From positions 8,308 through 72,307 of the forward strand of contig JABWBA010000006.1 in assembly GCA_013360745.1 (NCBI GenBank): a stretch of DNA of 64,000 nt, in the 5' to 3' direction. Every line of letters begins with the position of its first letter. The stretch's first letter is position 1. The position numbers and the translations under genes are program-made. The DNA comes from Chthonomonadales bacterium (GTDB taxonomy: Bacteria > Armatimonadota > Chthonomonadetes > Chthonomonadales > CAJBBX01). Below the pieces are notes generated by a model, which was not told where the DNA came from, ran no database searches, and was given only the letters and a program-made list of their open reading frames with translations. Below, piece after piece: positions 35,938 to 44,976 of the stretch.

Positions 35938-38069
35938 GTCCGTTTGGTCCAGCGGCCCGCGATGCCGATCTCCAGGGCCATGAGGATCAGGGCGAGGGTG
36001 AGCAGCGTCGCGGAGATCTCGCGACCCTCGCGCGCTTCGCGGACCGTCGCCGTCAGCTGTGCGTCGCCATGTACGTATAGGATCCTATCGGAACCGGCGA
36101 GGTTCCGGATCTCCGCAGGGGGCGCCTTTCTAAGGTCCGATTCGCGGGCCTTCGGATTGGCCGCATAGGCGTCACGGTGACCTTGAAACGGCCCTGTGCC
36201 CGCGATCCTGTAGATACCGGTGTCCTGAGCGATCGGGCAGGGGAGCAGCAGCGCCGCGTCGCGGAGGGTCGGCCGTACCGTCGCAGCGTCACCGGACGGT
36301 GCGGTGATCCGAAACGGACTCTGTGCGGCTCCAATGGGGAGGGAAACGACCGTGGCCGCGCCCGTGTCGATCATCCGCTGATCCGCGTGGAGGGACGCAA
36401 GGTAGGCGATGCACTGGTGGATCAGCGGGACGAATGCGGGTTTCAGCGGCAGATCCGAGCCCGGCGGCGCGGCAGTGAAGGCGAACACGATCAATCGGCC
36501 CCTGCCGCATACGGCTTCGAGGATCGCCGGAGCGCCGTCGCTGAATCGGGCGATGACCCTTGGCGCGCCTGCGGTATCGCGGACGGCCATACGAGCCCGG
36601 ATCGTGAATCGAGCGTCGCTGAGGCCCGCTCCGCCCGCGCCCATCGCGCGGAGGGCCGGATGATCGAACGAAGCGGGGTCGAGGCTGAAGGCGTTTCGGA
36701 GCGGCGCCGTCGATACGCCGGTGCATTCGAGGCCGGGAATCCGCAGGGCGCGGATGACCTGCGCAAGGCCGTTGCCCGATGTCGCCGGCATAACCATGAC
36801 GCCGCCGCCAGCGCGGACATAGGACGTGAGGGAGTTAAGATCGCGGTCGCTGTAGCGGGGCACGGCGGCGAGAACCAGCGCGTCGGGCTGGCCCGGCGCC
36901 AGCGGTTGAGATCCGATCTCGGGAAGGACTCGCACGATGATCCCGCCTCCGCCTTCGGCAACGCTGACCGGCGCAAGGGCGGTGGCCACATAGAGCACCG
37001 CGCCCGCGCCGCCGGCGCTCTCGGTGGAGCCGATCACGAGCGCCCGGATGGTCGCCTGCACGCGCACGGCGAACCACGCCGTATTGTCCGCCATCAGCCC
37101 ATCGGGCCGATCAAGGACGACCGCGCCCGTCCTCGTGCCCTGCGTATCGAACAGATGCGTGAAGGCAGCTTCGGCCGGCCGCTCCACCGGCGCCGCGATG
37201 TCCGCCGCGCCAACCGGCGCGCCGTCGACCTCGAGGCGAACTCGCGTTGCAGGCTGCGCCGCTCCGGTATAGTTTCCGATTCGGGAGATCAGCCGCACCG
37301 GTGCGGCGCCGGTGATCAGATCCCTGCTGAAGGTCGGCGGGGCGATAGCGACGTTGGGGCGGGTCGCGTCGCCGATATCGATCCAGACGATTCTGGCCGT
37401 CTTCGCGAGCGCCTGCCACACTCCCGATCGATCGGTCTTGCGGGTTTGCCTCAATCCGGAGGCCTGGGTGTCGGTAAGGAGGAACACCTCCTTGCGCCCG
37501 GCGGGGCTGGGCGCCGCGAGCGTCCGGCACAGCTCGGCCGCGGCCTCATAATCGGTGGCGTTGTACCCTGCCGTTACGCTCCGAATGCGGGCCCTCGCCG
37601 CCTGAAGATCGTGGGAGGGTTGTCGGATCAGCGCCCGAGGATGGTCGGAGAGAAGCGCCGCCGACACGGTATCGCCGGGCCGGAGCAGTCTGGTGATGAT
37701 CCGATCTGCGGCTGCCTGAGCTCGCTGAAAGTCGGTCGTACCGTCGGCCATCCATCGCATGCTCATCGAATCGTCGAGCGCGATGACCGCATGGATCGGC
37801 TCCCGGCTCGCGCCGGCCATGGCGTTGGGCGATCGGATCACGGGTCGGGCGAACGCAAGCGCGATGGCGCAGACGATCAGGGCGCGGAGCGCGGCGAGGA
37901 GGATCTGTTCGATGCGAAGGCGACGGCGAAGACGTTGCTGGGATTGGGCAAGGAATCGCCATGCCGCCCATCGGATCACGCGACGCCGACGTTGGCGGAT
38001 GAGGTGGAGCAGCAAGGGCACCGCCGCCGCGCCCAGGGCATAGAGCAGGCCCGGATTGAGGAACGTCAC
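35934..38069 (-). CDS. BatA-like protein: N-terminal double-TM aerotolerance-regulator domain + vWA domain
   Basis: Same frame as ORF 35934..38165. GTG 38069 overlaps the DUF58 stop (GTGA). N-terminus VTFLNPGLLYALGAAAVPLLLHLIRQRRRR matches the BatA_N/TIGR02226 pattern. MIDAS motif ALDDSMSM. Confidence 0.75.
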   Translation of the reverse strand: MTFLNPGLLYALGAAAVPLLLHLIRQRRRRVIRWAAWRFLAQSQQRLRRRLRIEQILLAALRALIVCAIALAFARPVIRSPNAMAGASREPIHAVIALDDSMSMRWMADGTTDFQRAQAAADRIITRLLRPGDTVSAALLSDHPRALIRQPSHDLQAARARIRSVTAGYNATDYEAAAELCRTLAAPSPAGRKEVFLLTDTQASGLRQTRKTDRSGVWQALAKTARIVWIDIGDATRPNVAIAPPTFSRDLITGAAPVRLISRIGNYTGAAQPATRVRLEVDGAPVGAADIAAPVERPAEAAFTHLFDTQGTRTGAVVLDRPDGLMADNTAWFAVRVQATIRALVIGSTESAGGAGAVLYVATALAPVSVAEGGGGIIVRVLPEIGSQPLAPGQPDALVLAAVPRYSDRDLNSLTSYVRAGGGVMVMPATSGNGLAQVIRALRIPGLECTGVSTAPLRNAFSLDPASFDHPALRAMGAGGAGLSDARFTIRARMAVRDTAGAPRVIARFSDGAPAILEAVCGRGRLIVFAFTAAPPGSDLPLKPAFVPLIHQCIAYLASLHADQRMIDTGAATVVSLPIGAAQSPFRITAPSGDAATVRPTLRDAALLLPCPIAQDTGIYRIAGTGPFQGHRDAYAANPKARESDLRKAPPAEIRNLAGSDRILYVHGDAQLTATVREAREGREISATLLTLALILMALEIGIAGRWTKRT

Positions 38070-38950
38070 GACTGTCGCATCCGTTCTGAGAGAAACTGCA
38101 CGAGAGCCTCGTCCACGGGGCGATCGGTGGTCATGAGGGCATAATCGGTTCGGATATCCCGGCAACCCCGTCGGATCGCCGTCAGATGCGCCTGAACCGT
38201 CCTCTGATACTCGATTCGGAGCGCCCTGGGGTCGGTTTCGAGCGTGCCTTCGTTCTCCATCCCCTCAAAGACGGACTCGCTCTCGAAGGGGAGAGTGAGC
38301 TCGGCCGGGTCCAGCACGTGGAGGACGATGACTTCGTGCTTCCGATGGCGGAAGTGCTGCAGGCCTTTGAGGATGGCTGCCGGTTCGTCCAGGAGGTCGC
38401 TCAGAATGATGACCAGCCCTTTGCGGCGGATTCGCTCGGCGAGGTCGCCGAAGGCGGCGCCGATGTCCGTCCGCTCGCCGGGCTCGGCCTCTTCCATCCG
38501 TCGGAGCAGTTCGCGCGCGTGGGCCGGCGTTCCGGCCGGGGGCAGATACCCGACGACGCCCGGCCCAAATGTCGCAAGCCCGACCGTGTCGCGCTGCCGG
38601 AGCAGCAGATATGTCAGGGCGGCGGCGATCGTCGCCGCGTACTGCGCCTTGGTCGTCGGGCCCGACCCATAGCCCATCGAACCGCTGACATCCAGCGCGA
38701 TGTGGGCTTTGAGGTTCGTCTCCTCCTCGTACTGCTTGACGTGGTAGCGGTCCGATCGGCCATAGACACGCCAGTCGATGTGCCGGATTTCATCCCCGGG
38801 GGTGTAGTTGCGATGCTGGGCGAACTCGACGCTGTAGCCGTGATGGGGGCTTCGATGCAGGCCTGATATCACGCCTTCGACCACGGCGCGAGCACGAAGT
38901 TCCAGCGAAGCTACGCGAGCGAGTGTCTTGGGGTCCGCGAGGGGAGCCAT
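38066..38950 (-). CDS. DUF58 domain protein
   Basis: 294 aa. Contains HRSPHHGYSVEFAQHRNYTPGDEIRHIDWRVYGRSDRYHVKQYEEETN, the DUF58 signature, then a degenerate vWA-like region (LDVSGSM). Confidence 0.85.
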   Translation of the reverse strand: MAPLADPKTLARVASLELRARAVVEGVISGLHRSPHHGYSVEFAQHRNYTPGDEIRHIDWRVYGRSDRYHVKQYEEETNLKAHIALDVSGSMGYGSGPTTKAQYAATIAAALTYLLLRQRDTVGLATFGPGVVGYLPPAGTPAHARELLRRMEEAEPGERTDIGAAFGDLAERIRRKGLVIILSDLLDEPAAILKGLQHFRHRKHEVIVLHVLDPAELTLPFESESVFEGMENEGTLETDPRALRIEYQRTVQAHLTAIRRGCRDIRTDYALMTTDRPVDEALVQFLSERMRQS

Positions 38951-38993
38951 CAGCGGGTGAGCCTGCAGGTCGCCGCCAACACCATCCGGGCGC

Positions 38994-40022
38994 TCAGCTG
39001 GCGGGGAGTCTCGGCGTGCGTTCGAGGAGCCGATCGACGATCGTATCGGGCGAGATCCCCTCGGCCTCGGCGTTGAAGTTGACGATCACCCGATGGCGGA
39101 GGACCGGATGGGCGATGGCAGCGACGTCGTCGGTCGTGGCGCAGGCGGCGCCATGCAGAGCAGCCCGCGCTTTGGCCCCGAGCACCAGATGCTGGGACGC
39201 CCTCGGGCCTGCGCCCCAGCTCACATACTCCCGCACGAAATCCGGAGCCTCGGGCTGGTCGGGCCGGGTGGCACGACTCAGATTGAGCGCGTACTGGATC
39301 ACATGGTCGCCCGCCGGCACCTTCCTTACGAGATCCTGAGCCCGGATGAGGTCTGACCCCGACATCTGGGAGGTGACCCTGGCGAAGCCCGCGCCGGTCG
39401 TGGCGGCGACGATCGCCTTCTCCTCCTCAGCCGATGGATAGCCGACACGGATCATGAACATGAACCGATCCAGCTGGGCCTCCGGCAGCGGATAGGTGCC
39501 CTCCTGTTCGATCGGATTCTGGGTCGCCAGCACGAAGAACGGATCGGGCAGCGGGTAGGGCGCCCCGCCCGAGGTGACCCGGCGTTCTTGCATGGCCTCG
39601 AGGAGGGCCGCCTGGGTTTTCGGCGGGGTTCGGTTGATCTCGTCGGCCAGGATGATGTGCGCGAACAGAGGGCCTTTCATGAAGACGAACACTCGTTCCC
39701 GCGTGACCTGATCTTCCTGAATGATCTCGGTGCCGGTGATGTCGGCGGGCATGAGATCCGGCGTGAACTGAATCCGTTTGAACGATACGTCGAGACAGTC
39801 GGCCAGCGAGCTGACCAGCAGGGTCTTGGCGAGGCCCGGGACCCCGACGAGGATGCCGTGCCCACGGGACAGGACGACCGTCAGGAGCTGCTCGACGACG
39901 GTTTCCTGCCCGATGATCACCCTGCCGAGCTCGCTCCGTATCCGACTGTATGCAGCGCTCAGCGCCGCGAGCGCTTCGGTGTCCGACCCCGTGGTCAATC
40001 GTGCGGCGTCATCTCTGGCCAT
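38994..40022 (-). CDS. MoxR-family AAA+ ATPase
   Basis: 342 aa. Walker A GVPGLAKT, Walker B ILADEINRTPPKTQAALLEAMQE, and sensor region ATQNPIEQEGTYPLPEAQLDRF. Confidence 0.92.
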   Translation of the reverse strand: MARDDAARLTTGSDTEALAALSAAYSRIRSELGRVIIGQETVVEQLLTVVLSRGHGILVGVPGLAKTLLVSSLADCLDVSFKRIQFTPDLMPADITGTEIIQEDQVTRERVFVFMKGPLFAHIILADEINRTPPKTQAALLEAMQERRVTSGGAPYPLPDPFFVLATQNPIEQEGTYPLPEAQLDRFMFMIRVGYPSAEEEKAIVAATTGAGFARVTSQMSGSDLIRAQDLVRKVPAGDHVIQYALNLSRATRPDQPEAPDFVREYVSWGAGPRASQHLVLGAKARAALHGAACATTDDVAAIAHPVLRHRVIVNFNAEAEGISPDTIVDRLLERTPRLPAS

Positions 40023-40055
40023 GCCTGAACGGTCCTTTCCTGAGGGGTATGGCGG

Positions 40056-41117
40056 TCATTTCTGATAGATCGGCAGGAGTCCCGCCGGCACCTGAAGGCA
40101 CAGGACCCCCATGGCGGTAGCGTACTCGTCACCCGGGTTATCGGTCCAGTGGCCGTCCTTTGCCTGACTGTCGACCAGCCGGGCCCGGAGGGCGGTAAAC
40201 CATGTTTTCCAATCTTTGCCGCCGACCTGATAGAAGGCCTGGGAGCAATAGTAGAGCGCGTAAAAGTAGTGCTCCCGGTAGGCCCATTCATACTTGTCCA
40301 GCGGGTGTTGAACGAGGTAGGTGATCCCGTTCCGACATTCCTTCGACCGGGACTCGCCGCACAGATACAGGCACAACACGGCCGCGCCCGTTCTGGCAGG
40401 ACCCGAGCTATGAGTCGTCGTCTGATAGCTGAAGCCGAGATCGGAGTTGTTCTGGCATTTCTTGATGTATCGGACCGCCTTCCGAATGGTCTCGGGCGGA
40501 ACCTTGAACCCGGCGTTGGCGGCCGCTCGCAGCGCAACGACCTGGACGACGGTCACCGAGATATCCGCATCGGTGGCCTGCGGCTGGTATCGCCAGCCCC
40601 CTTCCGGATTTTGCGTCTGTACGGTCAGGCGTATCGCCCGCTCGATTCGAGGGCGGAGGTCGTTGCGCTGGGTCATGCCATATAGCTCTGCCAGAGCCAG
40701 GACGGCGAAGCCATGCCCGTACATAGGCGGGCCGGAGCTGCCCCCTCGAAACGCCAGTCCGTTGCGCTGCACGGTCTCGGCCAGCCAGTCGACCGCGCGG
40801 GCCAGAATCCTGCCGTATTTGCCTCTTCCGGGCTGATGGCCCGCCGAAAGGAACGCGAGGGCAGCGAGGCCGGTTACCGCCGCATCGGCGTTGTACTGAG
40901 CGCTGTTCCAGTGGCCATCGGTCTGAGCCCGGGAAGCGAGGAATGTGAGCGCCTTCTCCACGGCGGCTTCAGAAGCGGGTGTGCCCAGGTATTCACGGGC
41001 TTCCACGTCGAACGGGTCTTTGCGCTGAGCGGCGCCTGACACGGCCATGGCGCCGGCCGCTGCGGAGCTGATGGCCCGGATCGCTTCACGGCGCGTCCAG
41101 CCGGTCCGTCGGCTCAT
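40056..41117 (-). CDS. Tat-signal prenyltransferase/squalene-cyclase-repeat (alpha/alpha-toroid) protein
   Basis: 353 aa. Tat signal SRRTGWTRREAIRAISSAAAGAMAV. QW-like repeats appear as TDGHWNS, NPEGGWRYQ and KDGHWTD. Its ATG overlaps the DUF4175 stop (ATGA at 41114-41117). Confidence 0.7.
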   Translation of the reverse strand: MSRRTGWTRREAIRAISSAAAGAMAVSGAAQRKDPFDVEAREYLGTPASEAAVEKALTFLASRAQTDGHWNSAQYNADAAVTGLAALAFLSAGHQPGRGKYGRILARAVDWLAETVQRNGLAFRGGSSGPPMYGHGFAVLALAELYGMTQRNDLRPRIERAIRLTVQTQNPEGGWRYQPQATDADISVTVVQVVALRAAANAGFKVPPETIRKAVRYIKKCQNNSDLGFSYQTTTHSSGPARTGAAVLCLYLCGESRSKECRNGITYLVQHPLDKYEWAYREHYFYALYYCSQAFYQVGGKDWKTWFTALRARLVDSQAKDGHWTDNPGDEYATAMGVLCLQVPAGLLPIYQK

Positions 41118-44100
41118 TTCCGCTCCGACAGAGCGCGATAGTAACGGCTCACGAGGTCCCGGTACTCGATCGGCACCTGGTCGAGCTTGCCCTGACCCAT
41201 CAGCTGTTGCTCACGCAGGCTGAGCGGGCCGAAGCGATACGCTCCGGCGGCGAGGTTGCGCACGGGCCCCGGCCGGGCCGTGACGATGGGAGCCGTTCCG
41301 CGAGTCGGTTCGCCATTGCGGCTGATCTGCCGGCGCGAGCCGTTGGGCGATGGTGTGGAACGGCGTGCCGCCGCGGCCAGCTGCTCCCGGTTCTTTGAGA
41401 GGATCGTATCGAGCCCCTGGACGATGGCGGATTGCTGCCGCTGGATCGGCGAGGCGGTGTTGCTGGCCCGGATCCCCTTTTCGATCGGGGTGATGTCCTC
41501 TGCGATCGCGTTCAGGCGGGCGCTCTCCGAGACGGCCTCGCGGGCGTCATTGGCGAGATTTCGGAGGCCGTTCTGGATCTCCCGTTCGCCATCCGCGATC
41601 CGATGGAGCTCTTGTCGTTCCGTATCGTTGAGCCCTCGGTCGGCCCGGCCCGAGCGCAACGTCTCCAACGTCGACGTTTCGGCATGGAACTGCGCCTGCA
41701 TCTCCCGTAGCGCCCGGAGCTCGCCGGCGCGATTGGCCAGCTGATGCTCGGGACTATCCCGTTCGCCTGCCTGTCGCTGCAGAGCGGCGGTTCGCTCGGC
41801 CTGACCCAGCGCTTCGGCGAGCCGCTCCAGTGTTCGAGCGCTGTTGGCCTGGGCCCGCTGGGTCGCCGCGCCGGTGTCCTGGCGCCACAGGGCGTGCGCC
41901 GCGTCGCTCATTCGCTGGAGGGCCTGATAACCCATCCACTTCATCACATTGGATGACAACTCTTCCGTCGCTCCGCGCAGGCGTTCGTTCAGCTTATCCT
42001 GCGCTGCGGCAAGCTGGTGGGCGCCCTTCTGAGCCTCGGCTTTGTCTTTACCCGCCGAGGCTTTGTGCTCGACGCCGGTTCTGCCCGCCAGCGCGCGCTG
42101 ATCCCTCGCCACTGCCTCGACGGCTGTGCGGGCTTCAAGGGCGGCGGCCTGCGTCTGCAGAAGCCGGGCGGCTTCGCGGGCCTCCATCGCGGCCTGCAGG
42201 AGATCGCGCGTGGCCTGACGAGCGGGGCCCCTGGCGTCGCTCGCGGACCCTTTGCCGAGCGATTCGGCGGCGCTGCGCATCGACCGGGACGCTCGCCGGG
42301 CGGAATCCTGAGCCCCGGGCGCCTGGGCGAGTTCAGGGATGATCCGGGCAAGATCGCCCTCGACGCGCCTCTGCTCGGCTGCCGCTTTGTCCGCTGTCGG
42401 TTTGTCCGTTGCCCCCTCGACCGTCCGCTGAACGGCGCGCTGCCGATTCGACAGCTCCTGCAAGGCGTCGGCCGCCCGTTCCACTGCGTCCGCCGCACGG
42501 TCCAATCCCTCGGGTGAGGACGCGGCGTTCGACGGATCCATCAGATCGGAGGCGAGGCGCTCCAGAGCGCTGGCGCTGCGACTCTGGAGGGTTCGAGCGT
42601 CGGTGAGGTTGCCCTCCGCGAGTTTCCTGCGCGCTTCTGCCTGCGCGGTGGGCGTGTTGGATCCGGCAAACGCGCGGGCGGCGTTCTTCACTGACGGATC
42701 GGCGGCGGCATCGGCCGCCGCGCTCAGGCGGTCGGCCAGAGCGAGCGTTCGCTCGTTCAGATCGGCCTGAGCTCGGGCGAGATCCTGTGCGGCGCCCCGC
42801 GGCGCGGCCTGCGACCGGTCGGCGAGCCGCCGCTGTTCCGCCGCCAGGGTATCGGCTTCGCGGGCGAGCTCGTTGGGAGAGGCTGGCGCGGAGCTGCGAT
42901 TCGCGATACGCTCCAGGCTCCGACGAACGTCGGTGGCAATCTCGGACGCCCGGCCGGTTGCACCGTTTCTCGCCGCAGCGGCGGCCTCGGGCATCTTGCG
43001 GTTTGCGATATTCCGCAGTTCATCGGCAAGCGCGTCGCTGGCGGCGCGATCCTGAGGAGAGGCGAGCTGATTGACCCGCAGCATGTCGGCGGTTCGGGTT
43101 ACGCTCTGACGTACCGCCTCCGCCTCACGCGCCAGCTCCATCTGGCGATCGGCTTGCGCAGCCGCGGTTTGGCGATCTGCCGACCGTAGCGCCATCTCGA
43201 TCTTCCGCTCATCGCCTGCGAGGTTACGCAGGCGCTCGACCTGCTCCCTCCGGGCCTGCGCCGCCCTTTCGAGGACTTCGCTGACGCTGATGATGCGCAC
43301 CCGTCGTTCCGTAGACCGCCCGGTATGCGGGCCGCTAATCGTGTCTTCGTCTTCGGCCTCGGCGTAATAGGTCACTGTGTCTCCCGGTACGACCTTCAGA
43401 GCCGAGAGGTTCAATGTGGCGCGGGCTGCCGCCTGGCCCGGTTGCTGGCCGCGGATGAGAGACAGCGGGGTGCGGCCGGATGATCCCGCCCGGCTATGGG
43501 CCAGCCGCATCGCGCCGATACCGTAATCATCGGTCGCATGCGCCTCAATATCGATGACCCCCGTGGGTGCGCGCTCGAGATCACCGGCAGGCTCTACGAT
43601 GTGGACGGTCGGGGTTCGATCACGGATCACGCGGACGGAGTAGATCGGCTCCGGCTCGGCGGCGAAGCCGTACCGATCTTCAAGGCTGAGGCGGAGGGCG
43701 CCGTCATCGACCAGCGACACCGTGCCCTCGGCGCGCTCCTCCGTGACCGCGAGCGGTGTCGGCGGATGGCCGACGCGCTGCAGTATGGCGCGGCGCAGCG
43801 CTTTACTGGCGGTGAACTCGATGTGCGCCCGGGAGCCGGCTGGGGCGGCCACGTTCGCGCTGCTCGCGTCGACGGTCGTGGGCGCCTTGCGCATGTAGTC
43901 GGGATAGGTCAGAGTGATCCGTACAGCGCGGACCACCGGGCGATCTTCAACGCGAATCCGGTATTGATTGGAGCGGCCGTCCCCGCCGGCAGCGTAATAG
44001 AGGGTGTCTTCGAAGACCCGGGTCAGGCGGGTTGTGTACGCAGGGCGACCGTTGCTCTGTGTCGTCCGTTTCAGCCGGAGATCCCTCCACGCTCCCGTTC

Positions 44101-44782
44101 CTGAACGCGTATGGAGTCGTGCGCTTGTCGGCACAACCCCTGACGGGAGCGCCGTGACGAGGACATCCGCGCCTCGAGGTATCACACGGTCGCCAGGAGC
44201 AACCCTCCAGCGGGTCGCCGCCCAGATCGGGATATCGGCGTAGGGATGGATGATACGGCTCATCCATGTCACGAGGCCCAGGGGCGTCAGAGCGGCCTCA
44301 AGGAGCAGCGGGGCGCATCCGAGCATACAGTAGAGCCCAGCGCGGCGCCGCCGGCCGCCGGGTACCGCGCTTGCGAGGTCGAGGCCCTCCGTTCTGGCCC
44401 GGGCCTCGCGCAGCACCGCGTCGACGAGGTCGGAATCGTCCTCAGCGCGGGCCTTGCCGATCTCGACTGCCGTCAACAGCCGTTCGTTCAGCGCGGGAAA
44501 CCGGGCTTCAGCCCATCCCGCCAGGACCGTGTCCGTTCGGTGACGCAGCCGGGGGAGGAGCGCAATCACGCCAACGCCTCCCAGCGCCGCTGCGGCCAGG
44601 AGCAGCTGGGAGGCAAGGCGAAGCGCAGACGTGCCGACGATGGCCCTGTCCAGGCGATACAACGCCCAGATCAACAGCGCGAGTGACCCGAGCGTATAGA
44701 GGGTCGCGGCAGTCAGGACCACGCTGCGATCTCGTCGCCGTGCCCGGTCCAGTCCTGGATATAGAAGATCAGAGCCCGTCAT
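41114..44782 (-). CDS. DUF4175-type large membrane protein with very long Ala/Arg/Gln/Glu-rich helical region
   Basis: 1222 aa. N-terminal TM segments (VVLTAATLYTLGSLALLIWAL, LLLAAAALGGVGVIALL). An Ig-like middle region is followed by several hundred residues of low-complexity helix. C-terminal LDQVPIEYRDLVSRYYRALSERK is a DUF4175-like ending (from memory). Confidence 0.65.
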   Translation of the reverse strand: MTGSDLLYPGLDRARRRDRSVVLTAATLYTLGSLALLIWALYRLDRAIVGTSALRLASQLLLAAAALGGVGVIALLPRLRHRTDTVLAGWAEARFPALNERLLTAVEIGKARAEDDSDLVDAVLREARARTEGLDLASAVPGGRRRRAGLYCMLGCAPLLLEAALTPLGLVTWMSRIIHPYADIPIWAATRWRVAPGDRVIPRGADVLVTALPSGVVPTSARLHTRSGTGAWRDLRLKRTTQSNGRPAYTTRLTRVFEDTLYYAAGGDGRSNQYRIRVEDRPVVRAVRITLTYPDYMRKAPTTVDASSANVAAPAGSRAHIEFTASKALRRAILQRVGHPPTPLAVTEERAEGTVSLVDDGALRLSLEDRYGFAAEPEPIYSVRVIRDRTPTVHIVEPAGDLERAPTGVIDIEAHATDDYGIGAMRLAHSRAGSSGRTPLSLIRGQQPGQAAARATLNLSALKVVPGDTVTYYAEAEDEDTISGPHTGRSTERRVRIISVSEVLERAAQARREQVERLRNLAGDERKIEMALRSADRQTAAAQADRQMELAREAEAVRQSVTRTADMLRVNQLASPQDRAASDALADELRNIANRKMPEAAAAARNGATGRASEIATDVRRSLERIANRSSAPASPNELAREADTLAAEQRRLADRSQAAPRGAAQDLARAQADLNERTLALADRLSAAADAAADPSVKNAARAFAGSNTPTAQAEARRKLAEGNLTDARTLQSRSASALERLASDLMDPSNAASSPEGLDRAADAVERAADALQELSNRQRAVQRTVEGATDKPTADKAAAEQRRVEGDLARIIPELAQAPGAQDSARRASRSMRSAAESLGKGSASDARGPARQATRDLLQAAMEAREAARLLQTQAAALEARTAVEAVARDQRALAGRTGVEHKASAGKDKAEAQKGAHQLAAAQDKLNERLRGATEELSSNVMKWMGYQALQRMSDAAHALWRQDTGAATQRAQANSARTLERLAEALGQAERTAALQRQAGERDSPEHQLANRAGELRALREMQAQFHAETSTLETLRSGRADRGLNDTERQELHRIADGEREIQNGLRNLANDAREAVSESARLNAIAEDITPIEKGIRASNTASPIQRQQSAIVQGLDTILSKNREQLAAAARRSTPSPNGSRRQISRNGEPTRGTAPIVTARPGPVRNLAAGAYRFGPLSLREQQLMGQGKLDQVPIEYRDLVSRYYRALSERK

Positions 44783-44976
44783 ATCGATCGATGTCGGTAG
44801 GTACGGTGTAGGCGTCTATACTCCCGTTGAGACGCTTGTTCCTGCTGAAAGTGACAGAGTCGTTCGGAGTGGAAGGCGAAACGCACGATCATAGATGCCC
44901 GTAGACCGTATGTGCCCGGCGGGAAGCACAGGGGGTCGATGGACGGTCGAATGCCGACTGATCTGGAAAGGATGTC

